Both the position numbers and the translations under genes were made by a program. This document shows positions 1 through 9,327 of a stretch of DNA of 64,000 nucleotides, piece after piece (positions within the stretch are counted from its first letter, which is position 1; each line of letters opens with the position of its first letter). The notes under the pieces are model-generated. The model was not told where the DNA came from. It searched no databases and saw nothing but the letters and a program-made list of their open reading frames with translations. The stretch lies in assembly GCA_030065125.1 (NCBI GenBank), contig JASJDM010000006.1:1-64000 (forward strand). Reading direction: 5' to 3'. Origin of the DNA: Lysobacterales bacterium (GTDB taxonomy: Bacteria > Pseudomonadota > Gammaproteobacteria > Xanthomonadales > SZUA-38).

Positions 1-91
1 ACGATGCATAAGAATCCATCTATGCCATCAGTTGATTGCCATACACATAAAATCAAAATAGTATGTATCACTACACACTATTGACGATATT

Positions 92-400
92 ATGAGTAAC
101 GATACTTCACATGATTTTCGCCGGGTCAACGTGCTGATCCGCGAAGACCAGTACGAACGGATCAGCGACAAGGGCCTGAACATGTCGGGACTGATCCGTG
201 GCTTGCTGGACGATCACTTCAGCGACGCCAAGGTAGTGCTGTCGCTGAGCCCCGACGCACGGCAGGTGTACGAACACGTCATCAGCAATTTCGGCGTCAG
301 TGATGCGGTTCTGGAACCGTATGTCCTCAAGGCGCTGGACGCCTTTCTGGCCGACAAGTCCAAAGACATCGATCGGCTGAGGTCATCGATCCGCACCTGA
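92..400 (+). CDS. small hypothetical protein (102 aa), possible ribbon-helix-helix (CopG/Arc-like) DNA-binding fold
   Basis: The N-terminal segment RRVNVLIREDQYERISDKGLNMSGLIRGLLDDHF fits the RHH pattern of a beta-strand followed by helix-G-helix. The gene sits on an AT-rich 5' flank unusual for this GC-rich window and lies 84 bp upstream of the SPFH gene on the same strand. Confidence 0.5.
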   Translation: MSNDTSHDFRRVNVLIREDQYERISDKGLNMSGLIRGLLDDHFSDAKVVLSLSPDARQVYEHVISNFGVSDAVLEPYVLKALDAFLADKSKDIDRLRSSIRT

Positions 401-483
401 CGTCGGAACACTCATTTGCGCTTTCCGGTGGCGCCCACGGCGCCACCCGGACCGTTATTGCCCGAACTACAGGAGGAACTGTC

Positions 484-2175
484 ATGTTGACACTGTTATT
501 GGGATTCGCCCTTATCGCTCTCGGCCTGGCAGCCATGACCGGCCGCCTGCTATTGAAATCCCGCCGACTGCCGAGCGTCGCCACGCCGGTGTTCGGGAGC
601 CTGTCCATAGCCTTCGGTGTATTGAGCCTGGCATCGGTCAGCTTCGTCTGGATCGGCGCCGCCGAAGTGGGACACCTGAAACGTATCTACATGGCCGATG
701 ACCTGCCCGCCGGCAGGATTCTTGCGCTGCCCGGACAGAAGGGCCCACAGACCGACATCCTCGGCCCGGGATTCCATTTCATTCCCCTGGTCGACGTGCT
801 TTACGACGTGGAGACCTTTCCGGTGATCGAAGTGGCGGTGGGCCAGTACGGCCTGCTGACCGCCAAGGACGGACATCCATTGCGGGACGGACAGTTCATC
901 GCCGATGAATGGCTCGAAACCGACTTCGAGAACATGCTGGACGCGGGCCACTTTCTCACCGCCGGCAACGGGCAGAAAGGGCCGCAGATGACCGTGCTGC
1001 GCCCTGGCCAGTACCGGCTCAACCAGTATCTGTTCGAGGTGCAGCTCAGGAACGCAACGGACGTCGATACGGGCCACGTAGCGGTGGTGCGCTCCAATGT
1101 GTCCCGACTGGATGCGGATTGCCCCAATGTGATCAAAACGGCAGTCTCAACCGCCAACAGCCAGGTCGCAGCACCCATTGTGCCCAGGGGCTGTATGGGC
1201 GTCTGGAACGAACCCCTGCCTCCCGGTCGTTACTATCTGAACGAACTGGCTTACGTGGTGACCGTCATACCCACGCGAATCCAGACCTGGAAATACCAGG
1301 GCGGCTACCTGCAGCGTAACGTCAAGCTGGTGATCGGCGACGACGGATCCATTACCCAGGACTTCAGCGAGGTGGAACGGCCCATTCCCGACGAAGCCGC
1401 GGACGGGGCCATTACCGTTCGCGTGGAAGGCTGGACGGTTCCGGTGGAACTGCGGGTACTGGTGACGGTGCAGCCCAACCTGGCGCCCACGGTGGTTGCC
1501 ACCGTGGGAGATCTCACCGAGGTGGAGAACAAGATCATCACGCCAGCCATTCGTGACGTGCTGCGCACTATTGGCGGCGCGGCGGACCGGCAGGTGATGG
1601 ACTTTATCGAAAGCCGTGACGCGCTGTCAGACCTGGTGGAAGCCGTGATCGTCCCCGAGGGCCTCAAGGCCGGCGTCACCATCCAGGAAGTGCGGATTGG
1701 AGAACCTGCAATCCCGCCTGAGCTGATGGTGGCCAGGCTGCGGGAGCAGCTGGCCGGCCAGCTTCGCGAAACCTACCTTGAAGAGCAGAAGACCCAGCGC
1801 GAGCGAATCGCAGTGGAAAGGGAGCGAGCCACGGCCAATCAGCAGGCCTCCCTGGTGGAAGCCGAGATCGCCAAGCAGGCGGCGGGCCATCGACGGGAGC
1901 AGCTCCGGCTGGAAGGTGAAGGCGAAAAACTCAAGCTGATCGAGATCGCCCAGGGCCAGAAGGCCCAGGCCGGTGTCCTGGGTGAAGACAAAGTCCTGCA
2001 GCTGCAGTTGCTGAAGGAAATCCTCGCCGTGGCTGCGGCAAACCCGGACATCATCAAGGTGCCCATGGTGCACGTGGCCGGAGATGGCAGCCTGGAAGGC
2101 GCCGCCGCCGTGCTGGGAGCCTCCAGTAACCTGTCGGCCCTGGTGCAGGGCGGGCAGAAGCCGCCGGCGGAATAA
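484..2175 (+). CDS. SPFH/band-7 flotillin-like membrane protein (YqiK-like)
   Basis: N-terminal transmembrane segment (LLLGFALIALGLAAM) followed by an SPFH-like core. A long charged coiled-coil region (EEQKTQRERIAVERERATANQQASLVEAEIAKQAAGHRREQLRLEGEGEKLKLIEIAQGQKAQ) is typical of bacterial flotillins. 563 aa. Confidence 0.6.
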   Translation: MLTLLLGFALIALGLAAMTGRLLLKSRRLPSVATPVFGSLSIAFGVLSLASVSFVWIGAAEVGHLKRIYMADDLPAGRILALPGQKGPQTDILGPGFHFIPLVDVLYDVETFPVIEVAVGQYGLLTAKDGHPLRDGQFIADEWLETDFENMLDAGHFLTAGNGQKGPQMTVLRPGQYRLNQYLFEVQLRNATDVDTGHVAVVRSNVSRLDADCPNVIKTAVSTANSQVAAPIVPRGCMGVWNEPLPPGRYYLNELAYVVTVIPTRIQTWKYQGGYLQRNVKLVIGDDGSITQDFSEVERPIPDEAADGAITVRVEGWTVPVELRVLVTVQPNLAPTVVATVGDLTEVENKIITPAIRDVLRTIGGAADRQVMDFIESRDALSDLVEAVIVPEGLKAGVTIQEVRIGEPAIPPELMVARLREQLAGQLRETYLEEQKTQRERIAVERERATANQQASLVEAEIAKQAAGHRREQLRLEGEGEKLKLIEIAQGQKAQAGVLGEDKVLQLQLLKEILAVAAANPDIIKVPMVHVAGDGSLEGAAAVLGASSNLSALVQGGQKPPAE

Positions 2176-2197
2176 GCACCAGTGCATCACACGAGGC

Positions 2198-2228
2198 GGG
2201 CACCGGGACCCCCGGTGCCCGTTTATAC
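2198..2228 (+). terminator. rho-independent terminator after the flotillin-like gene
   Basis: Perfect 9-bp stem GGGCACCGG / CCGGTGCCC with a 5-nt loop, followed by GTTTATAC, 23 nt downstream of the stop codon. Confidence 0.6.
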
Positions 2229-2361
2229 GGTGGGATAGCAACGAAAATCATGCAGCGACAGGGCGTGCTCCGTGCCAACGGCAGCGACCAGTTAGTGCCG
2301 CCCGCAGTGTCCGTTGACCTTGTCTGGAGACGTCCGACTGACGAACTGATGCCGCGGGCCA

Positions 2362-2380
2362 GTTCGAAAACGATTCGAAC
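2362..2380. promoter_or_regulatory. inverted repeat GTTCGAA-N5-TTCGAAC upstream of the CDF transporter
   Basis: Seven-bp perfect inverted arms about 40 bp upstream of the ATG at 2419. Candidate operator for a metal-responsive regulator. Confidence 0.3.
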
Positions 2381-2418
2381 AGGAAGAGCGCCAGGCCCGC
2401 CCGTGATAATCTTTCAAC

Positions 2419-3330
2419 ATGGGCGGCGGCCACCACCATCACCATCCTGAGCAGGGCGATCGCCAGGTTCTCTGGGCAGTCGTCGTCAACCTGGTTCTCA
2501 CCGCCGCCCAGATGATCGGCGGCCTGCTGTCAGGCAGCCTCGCCCTGCTGGCTGACGCGGTGCACAACCTGAGTGATGCCCTGGCCCTGGGCATTGCCTT
2601 CGCCGCGCGCAGGATCGCGCGGCTGCCGTCCAACCATCGCATGACCTTCGGCTACGTCAGGGCCGAGCTGGTGGCCGCCCTGATCAACTACACCACGCTG
2701 ATCGTGATTGGCCTTACCCTGGTGTACCAGGCTTTCTGGCGCTTTTTTGAGCCCTCCCCTATCAACGGCTGGATGGTGGTGATCATCGCCGGCCTGGCGC
2801 TGGTGGTTGACCTGGTAACCGCTGCGCTGACCTGGCGGCTGTCTCGGGAAAGCATCAATATCCGGGCAGCATTCCTGCACAACGTCGCGGATGCACTGGG
2901 CTCAATCGGGGTGATCCTGGCGGGGACCGTCATCATCGTCTGGCAGTGGAACCTGATCGATCCGCTGATCACCCTGGCCATCGCCGGTTACATCCTGTGG
3001 CACGCTCTTTCGGAAATCGGCCAGGTCATCCGCATGCTGATGCTGGGTACGCCGGACGACGTGGACCTGACTGAACTGGTCCTGGAAGTGGAGCGGCTGG
3101 AGGGTGTGGAGGGCCTGCATCATGTCCACGTCTGGAATCTGCATGAACACCAGAAATCCCTGGAGGGCCACCTGGTGGTGGCTGACGCCAACTGGGACCG
3201 GGCCGAAACCATCAAACAATCCGTCCGGGCCTGCCTTCGCGAGCGCTTTGATATCGGGCACACCACGCTGGAGCTTGAGGCCCAGACCAGCCCCTGCCAC
3301 GACGGCGGCCTCAGCCTGGGCTCCACCTGA
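2419..3330 (+). CDS. cation diffusion facilitator (CDF) family divalent-metal efflux transporter
   Basis: Six transmembrane segments and CDF signature regions (HNLSDALALGIAF, a conserved Asp in TM5, and a C-terminal cytoplasmic domain). The N-terminus is His-rich (MGGGHHHHHPEQ). Confidence 0.85.
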   Translation: MGGGHHHHHPEQGDRQVLWAVVVNLVLTAAQMIGGLLSGSLALLADAVHNLSDALALGIAFAARRIARLPSNHRMTFGYVRAELVAALINYTTLIVIGLTLVYQAFWRFFEPSPINGWMVVIIAGLALVVDLVTAALTWRLSRESINIRAAFLHNVADALGSIGVILAGTVIIVWQWNLIDPLITLAIAGYILWHALSEIGQVIRMLMLGTPDDVDLTELVLEVERLEGVEGLHHVHVWNLHEHQKSLEGHLVVADANWDRAETIKQSVRACLRERFDIGHTTLELEAQTSPCHDGGLSLGST

Positions 3331-3348
3331 ATCAAAGGAGGTTTATCC

Positions 3349-3768
3349 ATGGCCGGCAACAAAACCCACAGGAACACGCAGAGCGTCGATACCTACCTGG
3401 CGTCGGTGGACAACGAACAGCGTCGCCGGGACAGCCTGGAGGTGCTGGAAATGATGCGGGACATCACGGGAATGAAGCCCGAGATGTGGGGCAGCTCCAT
3501 GGTTGGGTTCGGCAGCTACCACTACAGGTACGACAGCGGTCGCGAGGGCGACTGGTTTCTGACAGGATTTGCCCCGCGCAAGCAGGCCCTGACCCTGTAC
3601 ATCATGGATGGCTTTGCCGGACAGGATGCCCTCATGGAAAAGCTCGGCAAGCACAAAACCGGCAAATCCTGCCTGTACATCAATAAACTGGACGACATTC
3701 ATCGACCCACCCTGCGTCAACTGATCCGCAAGTCCGTGACCCATCTGAAGAAGAAGTACGACGCCTGA
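3349..3768 (+). CDS. DUF1801 (YdhG-like) domain protein
   Basis: 139 aa with a strong SD (AAAGGAGG) 8 nt upstream. Composition and motifs are typical of the DUF1801 family. Confidence 0.55.
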   Translation: MAGNKTHRNTQSVDTYLASVDNEQRRRDSLEVLEMMRDITGMKPEMWGSSMVGFGSYHYRYDSGREGDWFLTGFAPRKQALTLYIMDGFAGQDALMEKLGKHKTGKSCLYINKLDDIHRPTLRQLIRKSVTHLKKKYDA

Positions 3769-3865
3769 GGCGCGGACAAACCGGCCCGCCAGGATTTTCT
3801 TGGGTTTTCCGTCGCCTGCCCGGTAAAATTGCGGGTTTGCTCCCGCACCAGCAGAGGAAAGCGTT

Positions 3866-4684
3866 TTGGCCCCCAGCAACAGCAGCCGCGTCCGGCGTGG
3901 ATGGCTCATTCCCATCGGCGGCGCCGAGGAAAAAAAAGACAACCCGGTCATCCTGCGGCGATTCTGCAAACTGGCGGGCGGGCGCAATGCCAAGATCCTG
4001 GTCATCCCCACTGCTTCGGAGCTGGAGGATACGGGGCCCGGCTACGTCCGTATTTTCGAGGAGATGGGCGCACGCTCACGCTACATTCCGGTCAATCGTC
4101 GGGAAGACTGCTTCGACGACGAGATCCAGCGGGTGCTGGAACGCAGTACGGCGATTTTCATTACCGGAGGCAACCAACTGCGACTGTCCACCATCCTGGG
4201 GGGAACCCCGGTGGCGAAAATCATCCGTCGCATGAACAGCGACGGCGCGCCGGTGGCGGGAACCTCCGCCGGGGCTGCCATTATTCCTGAGCATATGATC
4301 GCCGGAGGTCCCACTGGGCCGACCCCGACTGAGCACGGGGTGGTCATGGCGCCCGGACTGGGGCTGACCAACAAGGTCATCGTGGACCAGCATTTCCGGC
4401 AGCGCGACCGGCTGGGCCGACTGCTGACGGCGCTGTCCTACAATCCGTTTGCCACCGGCATTGGAATCGACGAGGACACCGCCGCATTTATCGACCCCGA
4501 CGGCATGCTGGAGGTCGTGGGCAGCGGCGGCATCACCATTGCTGACCCGTCAGACCTGCACCACTCATCCATGCACGATGCCAGGGAAGCTGAACCCATT
4601 TGCCTGATCGGGCTGAAACTGCATATTCTCGCCGCGGGGGGCCGGTACGACACCGAGACTCGCCAGGCATTCGCCGACGATTAG
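3866..4684 (+). CDS. cphB: cyanophycinase (peptidase S51)
   Basis: GWLIPIGGAEEKK N-terminal motif and the catalytic Ser context GTSAGAAI are both typical of CphB. 272 aa, TTG start, immediately upstream of cphA. Confidence 0.88.
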   Translation: MAPSNSSRVRRGWLIPIGGAEEKKDNPVILRRFCKLAGGRNAKILVIPTASELEDTGPGYVRIFEEMGARSRYIPVNRREDCFDDEIQRVLERSTAIFITGGNQLRLSTILGGTPVAKIIRRMNSDGAPVAGTSAGAAIIPEHMIAGGPTGPTPTEHGVVMAPGLGLTNKVIVDQHFRQRDRLGRLLTALSYNPFATGIGIDEDTAAFIDPDGMLEVVGSGGITIADPSDLHHSSMHDAREAEPICLIGLKLHILAAGGRYDTETRQAFADD

Positions 4685-4737
4685 CCTGGATTATTCGTAA
4701 ACCCGCTGGTTTGACGCTTACGTAGAGGGGACCGTCA

Positions 4738-7548
4738 ATGAAGATTTTGGCAACAAACGTATACCGGGGACCCAACGTGTACGCCCTGTTCCGGGTTATC
4801 CGACACCAGGTTGACCTGGGCGTGCTGGAGGAGTGGCCTTCCGGTCGCATCGGCGAAGCGTTCATAGAGGGCCTGATCTCCGCTCTGCCCGGATTACACG
4901 AACACGGCTGCTCCTACGGCGAGGCCGGTGGCTTTGTCCGGCGCCTGCGTGAAGATGAAGGCACCTGGATGGCCCACATCTGGGAACACGTGACCCTGGA
5001 ACTGCAGAACATGGCCGGCTCCCAGGTCACCTTCGGTAAAACCCGCTCGATTCCGGATCAGCCGGGCTGCTACAACATGGTCTACCAGTACAAACAGCGC
5101 GACGTGGGGCTGGAAGCTTCCCGCATCGGGCTGCAGCTGCTGTTCAGCCTGCTGCCGGCGGAGCTGCAGGACAGCCTCGGCGACGAGCGGGATGCGGAAT
5201 TCGATTTTGAAACCGAACGGGACGATTTCATCCGCTTTGCCCAGCGCAAGGAACTGGGACCCAGCACCGCTTCCCTGGTCCAGGCGGCCGAGGATCGGGG
5301 CATCCCCTGGCTGCGCCTGAACAACTACTCACTGGTGCAGTTTGGCCACGGCAGGTACCAGCAGCGTATCCAGGCCACCATCACCAGCAAGACCACCCAC
5401 ATTGCGGTGGAGATCTCCTGCGACAAAGAGGAAACCCACAACCTGCTCAGCGACCTGGGCCTGCCTACCCCGCGCCAGCGCATGGTGTACTCGGAGGGCC
5501 AGGCGGTCCGGGCAGCCCGGCATATTGGCTACCCCGTAGTGGTCAAACCCCTGGACGCCAACCATGGCCGTGGTGTCACCATCGACATCAACTCCGACGA
5601 AGAGGTGGAAACCGCCTTTGCGGCGGCACGCAAGCGGGGCAACTCCCGGGCCGTGCTGGTGGAGAGCTTTATCCGCGGCCTGGACCACCGCATGCTGGTG
5701 GTGGACGGCGAACTGGTGGCCGTGGCCCAGCGAGTACCCGGGCACGTGGTGGGTGACGGCCAGCGCTCCATCGCGGAACTGGTGGATATCGTCAACCAGG
5801 ACCCGCGCCGGGGCATTGGCCACGAAAAGGTGCTCACCCAGCTTGAGCTGGACCAGCAGGCCCAGCGCCTGATGTCCCAGGCCGGCTTTGACGAAACCAC
5901 CATCCTGCCCGAAGGTGAGACCTTCTACCTGCGCTCCACCGCCAACCTGTCGACCGGCGGCACGGCCGTTGACCTGACGGACTCCACCCACCCGGACAAC
6001 CGCGACATGGCCGAGCGGGCCGTTATGGCCGTTGGCCTGGACGTGGGCGGTGTGGATTTCCTCACCGAAGACATTACCCAGTCCTACAAGGACGTTGGCG
6101 GCGCCATCGTGGAAGTCAACGCAGCCCCGGGATTCCGCATGCACGTGGCGCCTTCGGAGGGCGAGCCCCGCGACGTCTCCGGCAAGGTCATGGACATGCT
6201 GTTTCCGCCGGGAACACCCAGCACCATCCCCATCGCCGGCATCACCGGCACCAACGGCAAAACCACCACCGCCCGCATGCTGTCCCATATTCTCAAGACC
6301 GCTGGCCACACCGTGGGTACCACCTCCACTGAGGGGGTCTACATCGACGGCCATCTGTCAGTGAAAGGTGATATGACCGGACCGTCGGCCGCCAACATCG
6401 TCCTGCGCGACCCCAACGTCGACGTGGCCGTGATGGAGACCGCCCGCGGCGGCATCGTGCGCTCGGGACTCGGCTACAGCGAATGTGACGTGGCGGCCTG
6501 TCTCAATATCTCGGCTGACCACCTGGGCCTGCGCGGGATCGACACCCTGGAGCAGCTGGCCGAGGTCAAGCGCGTAGTGGTGGAGGTGGCCCGGGACACC
6601 GCCGTGCTCAACGCCGATGACGAACTGTGCCTGAAGATGGCCGACTACACCCGGGCGGCCAATCTGTGTTACGTCACCATGAATTCCGCCCATGCCCTGG
6701 TGAAAGAGCACATCCAGTCCGGCGGCCGCGCCGTGGTGCTGGAACAGGGCATCAACGGCGACATGATCACCATCTACGACAACGGCACCCACATTCCGCT
6801 GCTGTGGACCCACATCGTTCCGGCCACCATTGAAGGCAAAGCGGTTCACAACGTGCAGAACGCCATGTTTGCCGCGGCCCTGGCCTTTTCCATGGGCATT
6901 TCCCTGGAAGACATCCGCCACGGCTTGCGCACCTTCACCACGACCTTCTTCCAGGCGCCCGGACGCATGAACGTGTATGACGAACACCCCTTCCGGGTGA
7001 TCCTGGACTACGCCCACAACCCGGCCGCCATCAGCACCATGTGCCAGACGGTGGACCGTATGGACGTTTCCGGCCGGCGCATCTGCGCCCTGTCCGCTCC
7101 GGGGGACCGGCGGGACGAAGACGTGGAGGCCATGGCCACCGAGGCCGCCGGCCATTTCGACCACTACGTGCTGAAGGCTGACGACAATCGCCGGGGTCGC
7201 GGTGAAGACGAGATTCCCCGAATGCTGATGCGGGCACTGCTGGCCAATGGCGTGCCCGAAGATGCCATCGAGATGGTGCCGGATGAAGCTGAGGCCGTGG
7301 ATCACTGCCTCAAACTGGCCCACGAGGGAGACCTGCTGCTGATATTCGGCGACGACATCCGCCGCAGCTGGAAGCAGATCATCCATTACCAGACCGAGGA
7401 GTATCAGGGCACCAAGCCCGCTGAATCGCCAAAACAGGTCAGTTACGTGGAGCCCGACCCGGATGCATTCACCCTTGGCGCAGGCGACAAACTGATCCGG
7501 GACGATCGGGGCGTGCGCCTGGCCCGGGACGAGGAAGAGTCTGACTGA
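4738..7548 (+). CDS. cphA: cyanophycin synthetase, full length (N domain, ATP-grasp domain and Mur-ligase-like domain)
   Basis: 936 aa. ATP-grasp segment (VVVKPLDANHGRGVT ... AVDLTDSTHPDN). Mur-ligase P-loop ITGTNGKTTT. Conserved CphA N-terminus MKILATNVYRGPNVY. Confidence 0.93.
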   Translation: MKILATNVYRGPNVYALFRVIRHQVDLGVLEEWPSGRIGEAFIEGLISALPGLHEHGCSYGEAGGFVRRLREDEGTWMAHIWEHVTLELQNMAGSQVTFGKTRSIPDQPGCYNMVYQYKQRDVGLEASRIGLQLLFSLLPAELQDSLGDERDAEFDFETERDDFIRFAQRKELGPSTASLVQAAEDRGIPWLRLNNYSLVQFGHGRYQQRIQATITSKTTHIAVEISCDKEETHNLLSDLGLPTPRQRMVYSEGQAVRAARHIGYPVVVKPLDANHGRGVTIDINSDEEVETAFAAARKRGNSRAVLVESFIRGLDHRMLVVDGELVAVAQRVPGHVVGDGQRSIAELVDIVNQDPRRGIGHEKVLTQLELDQQAQRLMSQAGFDETTILPEGETFYLRSTANLSTGGTAVDLTDSTHPDNRDMAERAVMAVGLDVGGVDFLTEDITQSYKDVGGAIVEVNAAPGFRMHVAPSEGEPRDVSGKVMDMLFPPGTPSTIPIAGITGTNGKTTTARMLSHILKTAGHTVGTTSTEGVYIDGHLSVKGDMTGPSAANIVLRDPNVDVAVMETARGGIVRSGLGYSECDVAACLNISADHLGLRGIDTLEQLAEVKRVVVEVARDTAVLNADDELCLKMADYTRAANLCYVTMNSAHALVKEHIQSGGRAVVLEQGINGDMITIYDNGTHIPLLWTHIVPATIEGKAVHNVQNAMFAAALAFSMGISLEDIRHGLRTFTTTFFQAPGRMNVYDEHPFRVILDYAHNPAAISTMCQTVDRMDVSGRRICALSAPGDRRDEDVEAMATEAAGHFDHYVLKADDNRRGRGEDEIPRMLMRALLANGVPEDAIEMVPDEAEAVDHCLKLAHEGDLLLIFGDDIRRSWKQIIHYQTEEYQGTKPAESPKQVSYVEPDPDAFTLGAGDKLIRDDRGVRLARDEEESD

Positions 7549-7553
7549 GATCC

Positions 7554-9281
7554 ATGTTTGAGCTGACCGACTCCCGGCGTCTGACCGGGCCCAACCTGTT
7601 CTCGGACGATCCGGGCGCGGTCGCTGAGGTAAATGGCCCGGCCAATACCCCGGTGGCACCGGTCGACGGAGACCCTGCCACCCTGGCCGAGCGCTGGCGT
7701 CATCACGCTTTGGCCCTCACCCAGGCCCTGGGCTGGGGCAGCCGGGTCATCAGCCGGGCATTCAGCGGCGGCGTCAGCCAGTACCTTTCGGCGCCCGTTG
7801 ACGTACTGTATGCCGCTACCGAGGTCAACGAAGCCGCCTGGGCGGCCTGCAGCGCGGAGCTGACGGGACAGCCGGCGCCGGACTTCGACCGGGCACTGGA
7901 TCGCCTGCGCGGGCTGGTCGCCGAGGAACAGAACCCGGCGCTGCTGGAACTGAAAGCGGCGGCCAGCCAGCGGCGCGCACGATTTCTCAGTGACGACGAC
8001 TTCGCCTCGGTGGGATACGGACCCGGTGCATTAACCTGGCCGGTTGACCAGCTGCCAGCGCCCGGAGATGTCGCATGGGATTCCGTCAGCAATATCCCGG
8101 TCGGCCTGGTTACCGGCACCAATGGCAAATCCACCACCGTCCGGCTGGCTGCGTCGGTACTCACGGCCGCGGGCCGGCAGACCGGGGTGACCTCCACGGA
8201 TTACATTCGGGTCGCCGACGAGATCATCGATACCGGCGATTACTCCGGTCCCGGCGGGGCCCGCACCCTTCTGCGTGACCAGCGGGTCGAGGTGGCCGTG
8301 CTGGAGGTAGCCCGGGGCGGCATGCTGCGGCGCGGCCTGGGCGTCAACCAGGCCGACGCGGCGGTGGTGACCAACGTGGCCGCGGACCACCTGGGCGAAT
8401 GGGGCATCAACAGCGTGGCCGAAATGGCCACCGCCAAGTTCATCGTCTGCCGGGCCCTGCCCCCGGGCAAACCGCTGATCCTCAATGCCGAAGACCCGGC
8501 CAGCGTGGAGCAGGCCCGACAGGCCCCGGCCAACACCAAGACCATCGTCTGGTTCAGCGAACGCGAAAACCATCCACTGGTCCAGTCCCACTGCATGAAC
8601 GGCGGACAGGCCTGGGTGGTCAGTTCCGGGATGATTACCCGGATTCACCAGGGACAGCCTGTCGCCGTAGTTCCGGTGGCGGACGTGCCCGTTACCCTGG
8701 GGGGCGCGGCGAAATACAACGTGCAGAATGCCCTGGCTGCCGCGGCCCTGTGCCATGCCCTGGGCGCCACGGACCAGGCCATTGCCCACGGTCTGGCATC
8801 GTTCAGGGGGACGCCGGAAGAGAACCCCGGCCGTGGCAACTTCTTCGAGGGCAAAGGCATTCGGGTGCTGGTGGATTTCGCCCACAATGAACACGGCCTG
8901 ACCGCCATCGCCGAGACCCTGGCCCGAATTCCCGCAAAGCGTCGCCTGGTCATGATCGGCCAGGCGGGAGATCGCACGGATGAGCTGATTGCTGACCTGG
9001 TGAAAGCCGCGCTGAAAGCCGGTCCGGATCATCTGATGGTGGTCAAACTGCCTGGATATGAACGAGGCCGCCAGCCCGAGGACGTGCCCCGCCTGATTCA
9101 CCAGTTGGCCCTTGAGGGCGGGCTGTCGGAGGCCCGGATCGAGCACGCCGAAGACCCCGTCGACGGGACCCGCAGGGCCCTGGCCTGGGCCCGGGAAGGT
9201 GACTTTCTCCTGCTGCTGGCGCTGACCCAGCGGGGCCCCTGCCTCAACCTGGTCCAGCGCGAACTCGGTCAAACCGGGTAG
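7554..9281 (+). CDS. truncated cyanophycin synthetase paralog (CphA N domain plus Mur-ligase-like domain, no ATP-grasp domain)
   Basis: 575 aa. Starts 5 nt after the cphA stop. CphA-like N domain (MFELTDSRRLTGPNLFSDDPG) joined directly to the P-loop VTGTNGKSTT. No ATP-grasp segment is detectable. Confidence 0.8.
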   Translation: MFELTDSRRLTGPNLFSDDPGAVAEVNGPANTPVAPVDGDPATLAERWRHHALALTQALGWGSRVISRAFSGGVSQYLSAPVDVLYAATEVNEAAWAACSAELTGQPAPDFDRALDRLRGLVAEEQNPALLELKAAASQRRARFLSDDDFASVGYGPGALTWPVDQLPAPGDVAWDSVSNIPVGLVTGTNGKSTTVRLAASVLTAAGRQTGVTSTDYIRVADEIIDTGDYSGPGGARTLLRDQRVEVAVLEVARGGMLRRGLGVNQADAAVVTNVAADHLGEWGINSVAEMATAKFIVCRALPPGKPLILNAEDPASVEQARQAPANTKTIVWFSERENHPLVQSHCMNGGQAWVVSSGMITRIHQGQPVAVVPVADVPVTLGGAAKYNVQNALAAAALCHALGATDQAIAHGLASFRGTPEENPGRGNFFEGKGIRVLVDFAHNEHGLTAIAETLARIPAKRRLVMIGQAGDRTDELIADLVKAALKAGPDHLMVVKLPGYERGRQPEDVPRLIHQLALEGGLSEARIEHAEDPVDGTRRALAWAREGDFLLLLALTQRGPCLNLVQRELGQTG

Positions 9282-9327
9282 TAACGGGCTTCACGTGAAT
9301 TGAAGGCTCGCCGGGCCGTTGTGGATC

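Noticed and set aside
2419-2460. Penta-His at the CDF N-terminus as a possible expression-vector His-tag contamination
   Set aside because: There is no vector backbone, MCS or protease-site sequence around it. His-rich termini and loops are common in CDF transporters.
5329-6354. 341-aa ORF antisense to cphA (also 6358..7659, 433 aa, and 8031..9272, 413 aa, antisense to the cphA genes)
   Set aside because: Long stop-free antisense frames are expected at about 65% GC. Their translations are low-complexity G/A/R/H/V-rich with no recognisable motifs, whereas the sense frames carry unambiguous CphA domain signatures.
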